Of a DNA stretch of 64,000 nt, positions 29,559 through 41,061 are shown piece by piece; the first letter of the stretch is position 1, and each line of letters opens with the position of its first letter. The translations under genes were made by a program, and so were the position numbers. Source of the stretch: an uncultured Candidatus Marinamargulisbacteria bacterium (lineage in GTDB: Bacteria; Margulisbacteria; Riflemargulisbacteria; GWF2-35-9; DYQY01); the NCBI GenBank assembly GCA_964429235.1, contig CAYSAQ010000002.1, positions 139,571-203,570 of the forward strand, written 5' to 3'. Under the pieces are notes generated by a model that worked only from the letters and a program-made list of their open reading frames with translations, did not search any database and was not told where the DNA came from.

Positions 29559-31916
29559 ATGTCAGAAACATATAACGCGTCGGATATTAAGATATTGGAA
29601 GGGCTAGAAGCTGTTCGTAAAAGACCAGCAATGTACATTGGTACAACAGATAAAAGAGGATTGCATCATTTAGTCTACGAGGTATTAGATAATAGTATCG
29701 ATGAAGCGTTAGCCGGTCATTGTGAAGAAATATTAATAGAGTTTAACCTAGATGGCTCAGTTAGTGTTCAAGATGATGGTAGAGGAATTCCAATAGGTAT
29801 TCATGAAGATAAGGGTGTTAGTGCAGCAGAAGTTGTTTTAACAGTATTACACGCTGGTGGTAAGTTTGAAGGAAAAGGCTATAAGGTTTCTGGGGGACTA
29901 CATGGAGTTGGGGTTTCTTGTGTAAACGCATTATCAGCAAAACTAGATATAGAAATTTTTCGTGAAGGTAAAAAATATAATCAAACATTTAGAAGAGGAG
30001 CTCCAGAAACTCCTGTTATTGTAGAGGCAAAAGGACATGCTACAGGAACAAAATTAACTTTTTATCCAGATGATCAGATTTTTGAAACGTTAGTATTTGA
30101 GCACGCGATTATTTTTTCTAGAGTTAAAGAGTTAGCGTATCTTAATAAAGGTTTAAAATTAATCTTAGTAGACCATAGACCTGAAGAAGAGCTAAGAGAA
30201 GAATTTAAGTATGATGGAGGACTTTTAGAATATATTAAAGCAATTGATGCTACTAAAGAAGATTTATTAAAAGAACCTTTTTATTTCAACAAAGAAAAAG
30301 ATAATGTGGATGTTGAAATTGCGATTAACTATAGTAGAAATTATTATGACGAGCATATTATTACGTTTGTTAATAATATTAGAACAAGAGAAGGTGGAAC
30401 ACACTTATCAGGGTTTAGAACAGCACTTACTAGATCTTTAAATTCATTTGCAAGAAAGCATAAGGTTTTTAAAGGGAAAGAAACACTTACTGGTAATGAT
30501 GTAAAAGAAGGACTTACGGCAATTATTTCTGTAAAAGTTCCTGATCCTCAGTTTGAAGGTCAGACTAAAACAAAATTAGGAAATAGTGAAGTAAGAGGGA
30601 TTGTAGATAGTGTAGTTGCAGAAGGATTAGAGCTAGCACTGGAAAGAGATCCAAATAATGCTAAGAATATTATTAACAAATCGTTACTTGCAGCAAAAGC
30701 AAGAGAAGCTGCTAGAAAAGCACAAGATTTAGCAAGAAGAAAGAACGTATTAGAGAGTACAACATTGCCTGGTAAATTATCGGATTGCACTGAATCAGAT
30801 CCGACAAAATCAGAATTGTTCATAGTGGAGGGTGATTCTGCGGGTGGATCAGCAAAGCAGGGTAGAGACAGACATTATCAAGCAATTTTGCCATTAAGAG
30901 GTAAGATTATTAATGTTGAGAAAGCAAGATTAGATAAACTATTAGCTAACGAAGAAGTAAAATCACTTATTACAGCTATTGGACCTGAAGTCATTGCAAA
31001 CATGAATAAGTCTGATGAAGATTTAACATTAGAGAATGTCTTAAAAAAGGTCAGATATCATAAAATTGTAATCATGACCGATGCGGATGTAGATGGTGCG
31101 CATATTAGAACTTTATTATTAACATTTTTTTATAGATACGCTCGTCCTATAGTAGATGCAGGATTGGTTTATGTAGCTCAACCACCATTATATTTGATTA
31201 AAAAAGGTCAGAGAAAACAGTATGTTTATAGTGAAGAAGAAAAGAATCAGGTTCTAAGCGAATTAGCTTTGGCCGGAGTTTCTGTCAAAACAAAAAATGG
31301 TAAGACATTAGAGGGAACGGACATACTAGAGTTTGTTGATAAACTAAGACAATTTAAGAAACTAATGTTAGAAGCAGATAGATATGATATGGATAAAGAT
31401 AAGCTAAAAGAGCTTATTTTAACAATGACAATTCCAAGATTTATTGAAATAAAAAAAGCATGTAACGAGATGAACGAAGAGGTTCTAGCTTCAATTGAAA
31501 GTGATATGGAGAAGCTTTTAGTCGATATTTATACTAAGAAACAATTAGATACCGAGATGATTAAAGATATTATGCATTTTACAGAGGATATTCAGGAAAC
31601 TGAAACAGCACCTTATGAGATTGTAATGTCAGAGAAGGTAGATACAATTGAAGAAAATAATTTACTAATTAGTTTTATTGATAAATTAGCAAGTAAGGGA
31701 GTTGGAATCCAGCGATATAAAGGTTTGGGTGAAATGAATCCAGATCAATTATGGGAAACAACAATGGATCCAATGAAGAGAGCCTTGCTTCAGATCAAAT
31801 TAGAAGATAGTGAGATAGCAGATGAAATATTTACTATATTAATGGGTAGCGACGTAGCTCCAAGAAAGAATTTTATTGAGACATATGCCAGAAAAGTTAA
31901 GTGGCTGGATGTATAG
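29559..31916 (+). CDS. gyrB: DNA gyrase subunit B.
   Basis: GHKL ATPase motifs. Toprim EGDSAGG. PLRGKILN. 785 aa. Confidence 0.95.
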   Translation: MSETYNASDIKILEGLEAVRKRPAMYIGTTDKRGLHHLVYEVLDNSIDEALAGHCEEILIEFNLDGSVSVQDDGRGIPIGIHEDKGVSAAEVVLTVLHAGGKFEGKGYKVSGGLHGVGVSCVNALSAKLDIEIFREGKKYNQTFRRGAPETPVIVEAKGHATGTKLTFYPDDQIFETLVFEHAIIFSRVKELAYLNKGLKLILVDHRPEEELREEFKYDGGLLEYIKAIDATKEDLLKEPFYFNKEKDNVDVEIAINYSRNYYDEHIITFVNNIRTREGGTHLSGFRTALTRSLNSFARKHKVFKGKETLTGNDVKEGLTAIISVKVPDPQFEGQTKTKLGNSEVRGIVDSVVAEGLELALERDPNNAKNIINKSLLAAKAREAARKAQDLARRKNVLESTTLPGKLSDCTESDPTKSELFIVEGDSAGGSAKQGRDRHYQAILPLRGKIINVEKARLDKLLANEEVKSLITAIGPEVIANMNKSDEDLTLENVLKKVRYHKIVIMTDADVDGAHIRTLLLTFFYRYARPIVDAGLVYVAQPPLYLIKKGQRKQYVYSEEEKNQVLSELALAGVSVKTKNGKTLEGTDILEFVDKLRQFKKLMLEADRYDMDKDKLKELILTMTIPRFIEIKKACNEMNEEVLASIESDMEKLLVDIYTKKQLDTEMIKDIMHFTEDIQETETAPYEIVMSEKVDTIEENNLLISFIDKLASKGVGIQRYKGLGEMNPDQLWETTMDPMKRALLQIKLEDSEIADEIFTILMGSDVAPRKNFIETYARKVKWLDV

Positions 31917-31934
31917 GAAAGGGAGATAACATAA

Positions 31935-34406
31935 ATGCAAGAAGATCTATTTTCAACAATGAATGTTACTGAAGTGAATATTGAAGAGGAGATGAAGGCT
32001 TCCTATATTGATTACGCAATGAGCGTTATCGTTGGTCGTGCTTTGCCAGATGTAAGAGATGGTCTAAAGCCAGTACATAGAAGAATTCTTTATGCTATGC
32101 ATGAACAAGGAATCACCCATGATAAGTCTTATAAGAAATCCGCTAGGGTTGTCGGGGAAGTTTTAGGTAAATATCACCCACATGGCGATACTGCAGTATA
32201 CGATTCTATGGTAAGAATGGCACAGCAGTTCTCACTTCGTTATCCAATGGTTGATGGCCAGGGTAATTTTGGTTCTGTTGATGGCGATAATGCAGCAGCA
32301 ATGCGTTATACAGAAGCAAGAATGTCTAAAATAGCAGCAGAAATGCTTGCTGATATTGAAAAGAACACAGTTGAGTTTTCACCAAACTTTGATGAATCGC
32401 TGAAAGAACCAACAGTTCTTCCATCAAAATTACCAAGTTTACTTATAAACGGTAGTTCTGGTATTGCGGTAGGTATGGCTACAAATATCCCTCCACACAA
32501 CTTAACAGAAGTAATTGATGCAGTTACTGCATTAATTGATAATCCAGAGATGACGGTAATGGACTTGATGCAATTTGTAAAAGGTCCTGATTTTCCTACA
32601 GGCGCTATTATTAGAGGTCAAAAAGGAATCATAGATGCTTATAATACCGGAAAAGGTATTATCAAATTGCAAGCTAGATATCATATAGAGGAAGTAAAAA
32701 GTAAGAAAAGAAGAGCAATTATTGTTACTGAATTACCATACGCGGTAAACAAAGCTCAACTTATTATTAAGATAGCTGATCTCGTAAAAGCGAAAACAAT
32801 AAACGGCATTGCAGATCTAAGAGATGAGTCTGATAGAAAAGGCATGAGGATTTATATCGAGTTAAAACGCGATGCTAATGAAGATATCGCACTTAATCTC
32901 CTTATGAAGCATACAAACCTGCTTATGAGCTATGGTATTAATATCGTTGCGCTTGATAACGGACAACCAAAATTGCTTGGACTTAAGGATCTTTTAGTTA
33001 AGTTTTTAGAGCATAGATTCACTGTAGTAAAAAGAAGCGTAGAGTTTGATCTTAAGAAAGCTCAAGCAAGAGCTCATATCTTAGAAGGTCTGCGTATTGC
33101 ACTTCATAATCTTGATGAAGTAATTGAGCTTATTAAAGCTAGTGCAAATGGAGCAGAAGCAAGAGAAAAACTTATAGCAAGATTTGGTTTTTCTGAGATT
33201 CAAGCACAAGCAATCTTAGATATGAAGTTACAAAGATTAACAGGTCTTGAACGAGACAAAATAGAAGTAGAATACAATGAATTAATTACTAAGATAGCAG
33301 ATATGCTAGATATTCTTTCTAAGAGAAGTAGAATTTTAGATATTATCAAAGCAGATTGTTTCTACCTAAGAGAAAAGTTTGGAGATAAGAGAAAAACTGA
33401 ACTTGCAGAAGGTGTAGAAAATCTTGATATTGAAGATTTAATTCAAGAAGAGAAAGTAGCAGTTTTCTTTACAAAGTTTGGCTTTGTTAAGAGGCTTGCC
33501 GTTGATACTTTTAGAACGCAATTAAGAGGCGGAAGAGGTATTGGCGGAATGGTAACAAGAGAAGGCGATATCATCGAAAAAGTTGTAATTACGTCTACTC
33601 ATAGTTACCTTGTTTGTTTCACTTCAGAAGGTAAGTGCTATAAGACAAAGGTTTATAACATTCCAGAAGAATCTAGATACAGCAAAGGCTCTTCAATTAA
33701 GAATGTGCTTAATCTTAAAGAAGAAGAAAAAGTAACAACTGGTGTTGTAATCGAAGATTTTGAAGCAGCAGATCAATATTTATTTATGACCACAACTCAA
33801 GGTATTGTTAAGAGGGTTAAAGTTATAGATTTTAAGAATATTAGAACAACAGGTATTATTGCAATTAATCTAGATGAAAAAGATGAGCTTAGATGGGTTG
33901 AGCAAACTAACGGCAGCATGGATATCCTAATGGTTAGTAGCAATGGTATGGTTATCAGATTTGATGAACAGCAGGTTCGCTCTGTTGGACGTACCGCAAG
34001 AGGCGTTCGTGGAATGAAGCTACGTGATGGAGATACACTGGTAGGTAATAGTATTATCGACCCAGCTGAGGAAAGAGAAAGCTTGCTTATGATAGCCGTA
34101 TCTGGTACTGGTAAGAGAACACAGGTTCCAAACTTTAGAGTACAGAACAGAGCAGGTATCGGAGTAATCGGGATTAAGCTAAAAGTAGGAGATAAGTTAT
34201 CAGGCGGATTAGTAGTTCAGCCAGATGATGAGATCATGATTGTTTCTTCAAAAGGAACGGTTTCAAGACAGTTTGTTAAAAACATATCTTCACAAGGAAG
34301 AGCCGCTCGCGGAGTAAGAGTCCAGAAGTTAGATAACAACGATAACGTTGTTGCTTATGCAAAACTCTTAAAAGAAGAAGAAGAAGAAACGGAAAGCAAA
34401 AAATAA
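31935..34406 (+). CDS. gyrA: DNA gyrase subunit A.
   Basis: Active-site region AAMRYTE. The GyrA-box QRRGGRG-like motif LRGGRGIGG. Confidence 0.95.
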   Translation: MQEDLFSTMNVTEVNIEEEMKASYIDYAMSVIVGRALPDVRDGLKPVHRRILYAMHEQGITHDKSYKKSARVVGEVLGKYHPHGDTAVYDSMVRMAQQFSLRYPMVDGQGNFGSVDGDNAAAMRYTEARMSKIAAEMLADIEKNTVEFSPNFDESLKEPTVLPSKLPSLLINGSSGIAVGMATNIPPHNLTEVIDAVTALIDNPEMTVMDLMQFVKGPDFPTGAIIRGQKGIIDAYNTGKGIIKLQARYHIEEVKSKKRRAIIVTELPYAVNKAQLIIKIADLVKAKTINGIADLRDESDRKGMRIYIELKRDANEDIALNLLMKHTNLLMSYGINIVALDNGQPKLLGLKDLLVKFLEHRFTVVKRSVEFDLKKAQARAHILEGLRIALHNLDEVIELIKASANGAEAREKLIARFGFSEIQAQAILDMKLQRLTGLERDKIEVEYNELITKIADMLDILSKRSRILDIIKADCFYLREKFGDKRKTELAEGVENLDIEDLIQEEKVAVFFTKFGFVKRLAVDTFRTQLRGGRGIGGMVTREGDIIEKVVITSTHSYLVCFTSEGKCYKTKVYNIPEESRYSKGSSIKNVLNLKEEEKVTTGVVIEDFEAADQYLFMTTTQGIVKRVKVIDFKNIRTTGIIAINLDEKDELRWVEQTNGSMDILMVSSNGMVIRFDEQQVRSVGRTARGVRGMKLRDGDTLVGNSIIDPAEERESLLMIAVSGTGKRTQVPNFRVQNRAGIGVIGIKLKVGDKLSGGLVVQPDDEIMIVSSKGTVSRQFVKNISSQGRAARGVRVQKLDNNDNVVAYAKLLKEEEEETESKK

Positions 34407-35507
34407 ATGGGGTTTTCTTTAGGAATAGTTGGACTTCCCAATGTTGGGAAGTCTACCCTTTTTAATGCTATAACCAAAGCTGGTGCTGAAGCCAGTAATT
34501 ATCCTTTTTGTACAATTGACCCTAATGTAGGAATAGTAGCAGTTTCTGATGAAAGACTAGCCGTTCTTTCTAAGATCTCAAGCTCTAAAGCTATACTTCC
34601 AACTGCTATCGAGTTTGTTGATATAGCAGGATTAGTTCAGGGAGCTTCAAAGGGCGAGGGACTTGGAAACAAGTTTTTAGCAAACATCAGAGAAGTAAGT
34701 GCGATTGTACATGTTGTAAGATGTTTCGAAGACACGCAAGTTATTCATGTGGATGGTTCAGTTGATCCCACAAGAGACATAGACATTATTAACACAGAAC
34801 TTATAATGGCAGACCTACAGACTGTAGAAAAACGTCTTGAAGGGCTTCACAAGAAAGTCAAAGCACAAGATAAAGAATCTATTGCTATGCATGCTTGTTT
34901 TTCAAAAGTACAAGAAGCCTTAGAGGCTGGAAAAGCAGCTAGAACAGTTTCCCTAACAGAAGATGAAGAGAAGATGGTTCAGCAAATTAATTTACTATCA
35001 ATCAAACCAGTTATTTATGCCGCCAATGTTAGTGAAGATGACATTGTTGATGGTATAGAGAATGACTTCGTGAAAAGCGTTAGAAATTTTGCAGATAGCG
35101 AAAGCAACGAAGTGGTTGTAATTTCAGCAAAGATTGAATCAGAAATAGCACAATTAGATGAAGCAGAAGCAAAAGAGTTTTTAATAGAGATGGGCATGGA
35201 TGAAGCTGGCTTATCAAAGCTTGTGAAGTCCAGTTTTAAGCTTTTAGGACTAATTACATATCTAACAACAGGCGAAATGGAAACAAGAGCCTGGACGATT
35301 AAAATAGGCACAAAAGCGCCAGGAGCAGCAGGCGTTATTCATACTGATTTTGAAAAAGGATTCATTAAAGCAGAGGTAGTAGCTTATGAGGACTTAAAAG
35401 TCGCAAATAGTATGGCAAAAGCTAAAGAAAACGGCACCGTGCGACTAGAGGGTAAAGAATACGTTATGAAAGATGGCGACGTAGTAGTTTTCAAGTTCAA
35501 CGTTTAA
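34407..35507 (+). CDS. ychF: Ribosome-binding ATPase YchF.
   Basis: [19 protein letters not shown]-terminal TGS domain. Confidence 0.9.
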   Translation: MGFSLGIVGLPNVGKSTLFNAITKAGAEASNYPFCTIDPNVGIVAVSDERLAVLSKISSSKAILPTAIEFVDIAGLVQGASKGEGLGNKFLANIREVSAIVHVVRCFEDTQVIHVDGSVDPTRDIDIINTELIMADLQTVEKRLEGLHKKVKAQDKESIAMHACFSKVQEALEAGKAARTVSLTEDEEKMVQQINLLSIKPVIYAANVSEDDIVDGIENDFVKSVRNFADSESNEVVVISAKIESEIAQLDEAEAKEFLIEMGMDEAGLSKLVKSSFKLLGLITYLTTGEMETRAWTIKIGTKAPGAAGVIHTDFEKGFIKAEVVAYEDLKVANSMAKAKENGTVRLEGKEYVMKDGDVVVFKFNV

Positions 35508-35514
35508 GCCATAA

Positions 35515-36423
35515 TTATCTATTTTCGCTATAAACAGTTAGAAGTATTTCAACAGCCTCAGCAGGATCTTTCTCTTCAACTGAATCAAACAACGGTATTT
35601 GGATTCCCATTAGTAGAACAAAAGGATTTTTACTCCAGTTAATAATAGTTTTAACAGGAATGCCTGCTTCTAATAACATTTTTCCAAAAGGATCATTTTG
35701 AATAAGGTTTTGCATATTCGTTTTTGCTATCCAGACATTTCTTTCAAGCATTGCTTCAAAAGGAGATGCGCTTGCATGAACGCCGTTATTTAATTCATCG
35801 ATATAGATTCCAAATTTATCCAAATTTTCTTCCAACATTTTTCGCATTTCCATTATTATTGTTCTAAATTTAGCCCATGTCATAGAAAAAGAAGCCTCCC
35901 CAAAGATTATAAAAGCGTTATCGTCTTTGTAAACATTCAACAACTGGGGAATAAAACCGTTAGTTATGATGAGTTCTTCATTATTAATTTTTACTGAGCC
36001 AAAACGAACACCTGCTACTTTTAATACAGCTTTGGCTTTTTTCCATGCACCAAATAGCTCATCTGGTGATAATTTGTAATCCTCAAGCACAGTATAGGCA
36101 CTTTTTATAACTCCCAGATCTTTAGCTTCATCGAATGTTAGCCCAAAGTGAGCAAGAAAATTTGTTTGTTCATCATCTGTCAGTGTAAAAGCAGAAGGCT
36201 CCAATAAAGTGTTTTTATAGTGAGCGCTATAATGTTTTTCGATAAGATCCTCATTAGCAATTGTCTTTCCCTTAATAATACTCGGCGTTGTGGGAAAAGA
36301 TATTCCATGTTCTTTTAGGAATGATAGGCAAGCCAAAACAGCTTCTTTGCTTATTGATACTGTAGGTTTTATAAATACGGGTGCTGTTTTTGCAGCGTTA
36401 AAAGATATTGGCTTAAGGTTCAT
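35515..36423 (-). CDS. Hypothetical protein, 302 aa.
   Basis: Clean ORF. No recognisable domain. Confidence 0.45.
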   Translation of the reverse strand: MNLKPISFNAAKTAPVFIKPTVSISKEAVLACLSFLKEHGISFPTTPSIIKGKTIANEDLIEKHYSAHYKNTLLEPSAFTLTDDEQTNFLAHFGLTFDEAKDLGVIKSAYTVLEDYKLSPDELFGAWKKAKAVLKVAGVRFGSVKINNEELIITNGFIPQLLNVYKDDNAFIIFGEASFSMTWAKFRTIIMEMRKMLEENLDKFGIYIDELNNGVHASASPFEAMLERNVWIAKTNMQNLIQNDPFGKMLLEAGIPVKTIINWSKNPFVLLMGIQIPLFDSVEEKDPAEAVEILLTVYSENR

Positions 36424-36563
36424 TATTTTGGTCCTTTTTTGTTTAAGTTTTTAATATATCGATAATATAAGTATAAGGTTGCAACTAATTTATGTAAATT
36501 AGCGGGAACTAGGGCTCTCTCTTACGATAATCTAAAACAAGATAAACAGGAGAGGTTAAATTT

Positions 36564-37472
36564 ATGAATAATAAAATTATAGCAATTGATGCTGGGGTTA
36601 TAAAAGATGAAGCAATTGCAATGGTACGAGATGATTGGCAAGAATTAGCAACGCTTGGAGAATCATTAAGAAATGATATGGATGTTGTTAGTGCTGCATT
36701 GTTGGTTAGTGAAAAAGCAATTGCGCATGCTGGCGACTCAGCAGTAGAAATTCTTTTAACACATACAAGAACGGTAACGCTTATGTTTGACACACACAAG
36801 CTAGCAGTTGCTCTGGTTAAATTCGAGAAGTGGTGTAAGAAAAATAAGATTGAAGGAGATACTCAGAATTTTTTAAGACAAAATAGGTTTATTAATTTGT
36901 TAAAAAATGTCGATAAACTCCATGAACAACTTATAGAGCCAATACCACAAGTAGTAGAAACAGATGAAGCAATAGAAATAAAGCCATCAGTTGAAGAATT
37001 ACCAAATGAAGAAATTATAGAAGGAAGTACTAGATTTTTAGAAAACCTTTTGGACGAATTAGAAATAGCTAAAACAATGCCTCCGATTTCTATTGCCAGC
37101 TTATTTTTTGAGAAGTTTTATATGTTGAGAAGCGAAGAAGCCCCTGTTTTATCAAAAGAGGCGATAGCTGAATATAATGAAGAAACACAAAGTAATGCTG
37201 AAAAACTTGCCGCAGAATTTATGATTAAGTATTCTGACCCAAGCTCAAGAGTGTCAGTCGAAATGTTTAATGCTTTGCTATTTGGAGCACCGAAAGAAAT
37301 GAGACCTTCAATTATAAGAGGAGCTGTCCCTTTCATTGAGATAGGGCTTTTCGTTGAAGTAGCTGATAATGTTATTGGGCTTAAGCCATTTGACGGAGTA
37401 GCTGTTCAAGTAGCTAAAGATGTTATTAGTGCATTGCAAGAGAAGCATGCGCTAGATATAGACAACCAGTAA
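36564..37472 (+). CDS. Hypothetical acidic protein, 302 aa.
   Basis: Clean ORF divergent from the previous one. No recognisable domain. Confidence 0.45.
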   Translation: MNNKIIAIDAGVIKDEAIAMVRDDWQELATLGESLRNDMDVVSAALLVSEKAIAHAGDSAVEILLTHTRTVTLMFDTHKLAVALVKFEKWCKKNKIEGDTQNFLRQNRFINLLKNVDKLHEQLIEPIPQVVETDEAIEIKPSVEELPNEEIIEGSTRFLENLLDELEIAKTMPPISIASLFFEKFYMLRSEEAPVLSKEAIAEYNEETQSNAEKLAAEFMIKYSDPSSRVSVEMFNALLFGAPKEMRPSIIRGAVPFIEIGLFVEVADNVIGLKPFDGVAVQVAKDVISALQEKHALDIDNQ

Positions 37473-37579
37473 AGCATATTGCCCCTTTCCCAAAATAAGT
37501 GTAGAATACTATTCTGTAGAATAGGTGTATAGTCGCAGTACAGATGCAGTAACAGTTTAAATGGAGGTGAAGAAAGTAG

Positions 37580-38035
37580 ATGTCAGTTAAAATTAAGCTA
37601 CAAAGACGAGGAAGAAAAAAACAACCAGTTTATAGAATAGTAATACAGGATTCTAGAACTTCAAGAGATGGGAAAGTGATTGATATTGTTGGACAATACA
37701 ATCCACTAGAAGCTCCTAAGGTACTAGTGATAGATGACGAAAAAATCAAAAAATGGCTTGGTAATGGTGCACAACCAACAGAAGCAGTTGCAAGATTGCT
37801 AGTAACCAAGGGTTATTTAGAAGCTAAAGTTTATCCAAAAAAAGAAGAAGCTCCAGTTGAGGAAAAAGCTGAAGAAGCAAAGGCAAAGACTTCAGAAGAA
37901 GTTAAAGAAGAGCCTATTGCTGAAGCAGTAGAAACAGAAGTCTCAAAAGAAGAGACCGCTGTTGAAGAAGTTTCTGAAGAGAAAGCTGAGAAAAAAGCAG
38001 AAGCAGTAGAAGCAGACGACAAAGCAGAAGCTTAG
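37580..38035 (+). CDS. rpsP: 30S ribosomal protein S16 with a roughly 70-aa Lys/Glu/Ala-rich C-terminal extension.
   Basis: MSVKIKLQRRGRKKQPVYRIV N-terminus. The tail is low-complexity EEKAEEAKAK... Confidence 0.9.
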   Translation: MSVKIKLQRRGRKKQPVYRIVIQDSRTSRDGKVIDIVGQYNPLEAPKVLVIDDEKIKKWLGNGAQPTEAVARLLVTKGYLEAKVYPKKEEAPVEEKAEEAKAKTSEEVKEEPIAEAVETEVSKEETAVEEVSEEKAEKKAEAVEADDKAEA

Positions 38036-38062
38036 TCATTAGCAACGCAGGAGGTAATTAGC

Positions 38063-38296
38063 ATGAGAGATTTAGTAGAACTTATAACGAAAGCATTAGT
38101 AGATACTCCAGAAGAAGTTACTATTAATGAAACAATTGGTGAAAGTATCATAATTCTTGAGATTAAAGTAGGACAGGACGATGTTGGTAAGGTTATTGGT
38201 AAAGAAGGCCGAATTGCAAACGCAATTAGAACTGTTGTCAAAGCTGCTGCTGCAAAGCAGGGTAAAAAGGTAACAGTAGAAATAATTACTAATTAA
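38063..38296 (+). CDS. KH-domain RNA-binding protein (YlqC-like).
   Basis: VGKVIGKEGRIANAIRTV GxxG KH motif. 77 aa. Confidence 0.8.
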   Translation: MRDLVELITKALVDTPEEVTINETIGESIIILEIKVGQDDVGKVIGKEGRIANAIRTVVKAAAAKQGKKVTVEIITN

Positions 38297-38306
38297 GGAG
38301 TACAGC

Positions 38307-38735
38307 ATGTCAAAATCAGTTACCTTGAAAAGAACCGTTACGATAAAAGCAATTGTTACAGAAGATTTTAAAAAATATCTTACTTATGAGCTAGAAACAT
38401 CAATAAAAGACTTACAAAAAAAAATGTCTGATATTGAAGTACAGGCAAAAGGACTAATTGATTCATTGGGTAAAGATAGTTCACCTGAACAATCAAAGAT
38501 GATTAGCCAGCAACTTCAGGTAGAGAAACAGCAACAGGAAAGCACAGTTGCAGATTTAAAGAAAAGAATAGAAGATGCAAAGAATTTAAAGCTAGATTCT
38601 GAGTTTATTCAAGGAACAATAGATGGTTTCACAACTATAAAGGCTGGAGATAATTTATATCAAAAGTTAGGTGCATTAGAAATCGTTGTTAAAGACGGAG
38701 TCGTTCAGGAAATTAAGGGAGAGCAGGAAGGCTAG
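38307..38735 (+). CDS. YlqD-like small protein.
   Basis: Position between the KH protein and rimM, as in the Bacillus rpsP-ylqC-ylqD-rimM operon. N-terminus VTLKRTVTIKAIVTE resembles YlqD. Confidence 0.5.
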   Translation: MSKSVTLKRTVTIKAIVTEDFKKYLTYELETSIKDLQKKMSDIEVQAKGLIDSLGKDSSPEQSKMISQQLQVEKQQQESTVADLKKRIEDAKNLKLDSEFIQGTIDGFTTIKAGDNLYQKLGALEIVVKDGVVQEIKGEQEG

Positions 38736-38755
38736 CGCCCCTGCTCTTTTGAGCC

Positions 38756-39250
38756 ATGCAATTTCCAATAGCAAAAATCGTTAAGCCCCACGGTGTGCGT
38801 GGTGAGTTAAAAGTACTTCCTTTAAAAGAAGTTTATTTTTCATTAATTAAAGATCAATTGTCTTTTATGATTGATGATAAAAAGTATGCTAAATCCCAAA
38901 TAAAAGCTCATCGCCAAGGGTTTATTATAAAGCTTGAGAATGTTGCAGATATGGATGCGGCTGAAAAACTTCGAAATAAGCAATTATCAGTAGAAGAGGT
39001 TATCGTATCTGCCTTTTTAGAAAAAGAAGGTATTTTTTTTGCTGAGGAGTGGGTTGGCTATACAGTAATAAGTGATAAAGGCGAAGCGTTAGGCGAAGTA
39101 GTCGAATTGCTATATACAGGCGCTAACGATGTGCTAGTTGTTAAGTCTGATAGCGAAGAACACTTAGTTCCAGTTGTAGATGATTTTCTTTTGAATGTTA
39201 ATAGTGAAGAAAAGAAGCTCATGGTTGTTAAACCAGAGTTTGACCAATGA
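38756..39250 (+). CDS. rimM: 16S rRNA processing protein RimM.
   Basis: GKIVKPHGVRGELKV N-terminus. Confidence 0.85.
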   Translation: MQFPIAKIVKPHGVRGELKVLPLKEVYFSLIKDQLSFMIDDKKYAKSQIKAHRQGFIIKLENVADMDAAEKLRNKQLSVEEVIVSAFLEKEGIFFAEEWVGYTVISDKGEALGEVVELLYTGANDVLVVKSDSEEHLVPVVDDFLLNVNSEEKKLMVVKPEFDQ

Positions 39251-39981
39251 TCAGTGAGATAAACGTATTAACATTATTTCCAGAAACAGTTTCTAAGTAT
39301 TTTGAAGAGAGTATTCTCGGAAGAGCTAGAAAAGCGTCAAAAATAACAATAAATATAATAGATATTAGAGCTTGGGCAGATAACAAACATAATAAGATAG
39401 ACGATGTTCCTTTTGGGGGCGCGGTTGGTATGGTAATGCAGGTTGCGCCAATCAAAAAAGCTTTGTCCTCGTTGAGCAAAAAAACACATGTTTTGATGAC
39501 TTCGCCAAAAGGCAGGGTTTTGGATCACGCAAAGCTTGTTGAGTTCAAGGAACTTGAATCTTTGACAATAATATGTGGTCACTATGAGGGCGTTGATAAG
39601 AGGATAGATTCTTTAGTTGATGAAGAGGTTTCTATAGGCGACTATGTTTTAACTGGTGGAGAGTTACCCGCAATGATAATAGCAGATGCTGTAGTAAGGC
39701 TAATACCAGGCGTATTGGGTAATAACACATCTGCAGAAGAAGATTCATTTGCCAACGGTTTAGTAGACTGGGATAGCTATACTAGGCCTAGAATGTTTGA
39801 CGAAAACGAGGTCCCCGAGGTATTATTATCCGGCAATCATAAAAAAATAGAGCACTGGAAGAAGAAAAGTGCTATAATAAACAGTCTTGTTTGCAAGCCA
39901 GCCTTGCTAGCAAGCTATAAATTTAATAAAAATGAATCAGATATATTAAGAGAAATCTTAGAGGAGGACAGAGTAGAATGA
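39247..39981 (+). CDS. trmD: tRNA (guanine37-N1)-methyltransferase TrmD.
   Basis: Trefoil-knot motifs. ICGHYEGVDKR. Confidence 0.9.
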   Translation: MISEINVLTLFPETVSKYFEESILGRARKASKITINIIDIRAWADNKHNKIDDVPFGGAVGMVMQVAPIKKALSSLSKKTHVLMTSPKGRVLDHAKLVEFKELESLTIICGHYEGVDKRIDSLVDEEVSIGDYVLTGGELPAMIIADAVVRLIPGVLGNNTSAEEDSFANGLVDWDSYTRPRMFDENEVPEVLLSGNHKKIEHWKKKSAIINSLVCKPALLASYKFNKNESDILREILEEDRVE

Positions 39982-40337
39982 GCAATATAATACAAGAAAT
40001 AGAAAAGGAACAATTAAGAGACGACCTACAAGAATTTAATGTAGGAGATACTGTGAAAGTTTTTTATAAGGTAATAGAAGGAAAAAAAGAAAGAATTCAG
40101 CCATTTGAAGGTGTTGTTACAAGCATTTCTAACGGTGGAATTAGCAAAAATTTTACTTTAAGAAAAATTGTTGGTGGAGTTGGTGTTGAAAAAACATATA
40201 TGGTTAACTCGCCTAAAATAACAGACATTAAGGTTCTTAGACAAGGTAAGACAAGAAGAGCTAAATTATTTTACCTAAGAGATAGAATAGGAACTAGAGC
40301 AAGTAAAATTAAGGCAAAAGACCCAAGATTTAACTAA
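39978..40337 (+). CDS. rplS: 50S ribosomal protein L19.
   Basis: FNVGDTVKV...EGKKERIQPFEGVV. Confidence 0.9.
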   Translation: MSNIIQEIEKEQLRDDLQEFNVGDTVKVFYKVIEGKKERIQPFEGVVTSISNGGISKNFTLRKIVGGVGVEKTYMVNSPKITDIKVLRQGKTRRAKLFYLRDRIGTRASKIKAKDPRFN

Positions 40338-40338
40338 A

Positions 40339-41061
40339 ATGTCGTCGTTTAAGACAGCGATTAAGAGTATTATGAATTTTATAGGGACAGTCATTATGGC
40401 TGTCCTTATTGCTTTCTTCATAAAAGAATTTTTTGTAGAATTTCAACTAATACCAACAGGATCAATGATTCCTTATTTGAAAGTAGGGGATAGGCTAGTT
40501 GTAAATAGGCTTTCATTTGGAGTACAAAATCCACTATATAATGCAAAGAAGAAAAAAAGCATTATGTTATTAATGCAAAATCCGTTATATAAAGCAAATA
40601 TGCCGTTTTCAGATTTTCAATATTTCAAAAAATTTAATTATGAAATAGATAGATACGATGTTGTGGTATTTTTCCCACCAGAGGAACCAATAGTAGGAAG
40701 AGAGTACCATTTTGCTGGAGATAAAAGGAGAACAACTTATTTTGACCCTCCACAATTGCTAGGAGAGAAGTACGTTAAGAGAATCCTTGGATTGCCAGGA
40801 GAGACACTAGAGGTAAAAAGTGGATATATATATATTAATGGTGAAAAATTAGAAGAGCCATTCCCAGTGAATCGAGATTATTTTGATTTTGGCCCATTTA
40901 TGGTTCCAGAAAACAGTTATTTTATGATAGGAGACAATAGACCAAGAAGTAGTGATAGTAGGTATTGGGGACCAGTACCCGAGGAAAACTTGCTAGGAAG
41001 AGCCTGGGTAGTATTTTGGCCATTTAATAGGAGTAAGGTGATTGAGCGATGGAAGAACTAA
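40339..41061 (+). CDS. lepB: Signal peptidase I.
   Basis: GSMIPYLKVGDRLVVN (the catalytic Ser is in SM). ...GDNRPRSSDSRYWG box E. Confidence 0.85.
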   Translation: MSSFKTAIKSIMNFIGTVIMAVLIAFFIKEFFVEFQLIPTGSMIPYLKVGDRLVVNRLSFGVQNPLYNAKKKKSIMLLMQNPLYKANMPFSDFQYFKKFNYEIDRYDVVVFFPPEEPIVGREYHFAGDKRRTTYFDPPQLLGEKYVKRILGLPGETLEVKSGYIYINGEKLEEPFPVNRDYFDFGPFMVPENSYFMIGDNRPRSSDSRYWGPVPEENLLGRAWVVFWPFNRSKVIERWKN

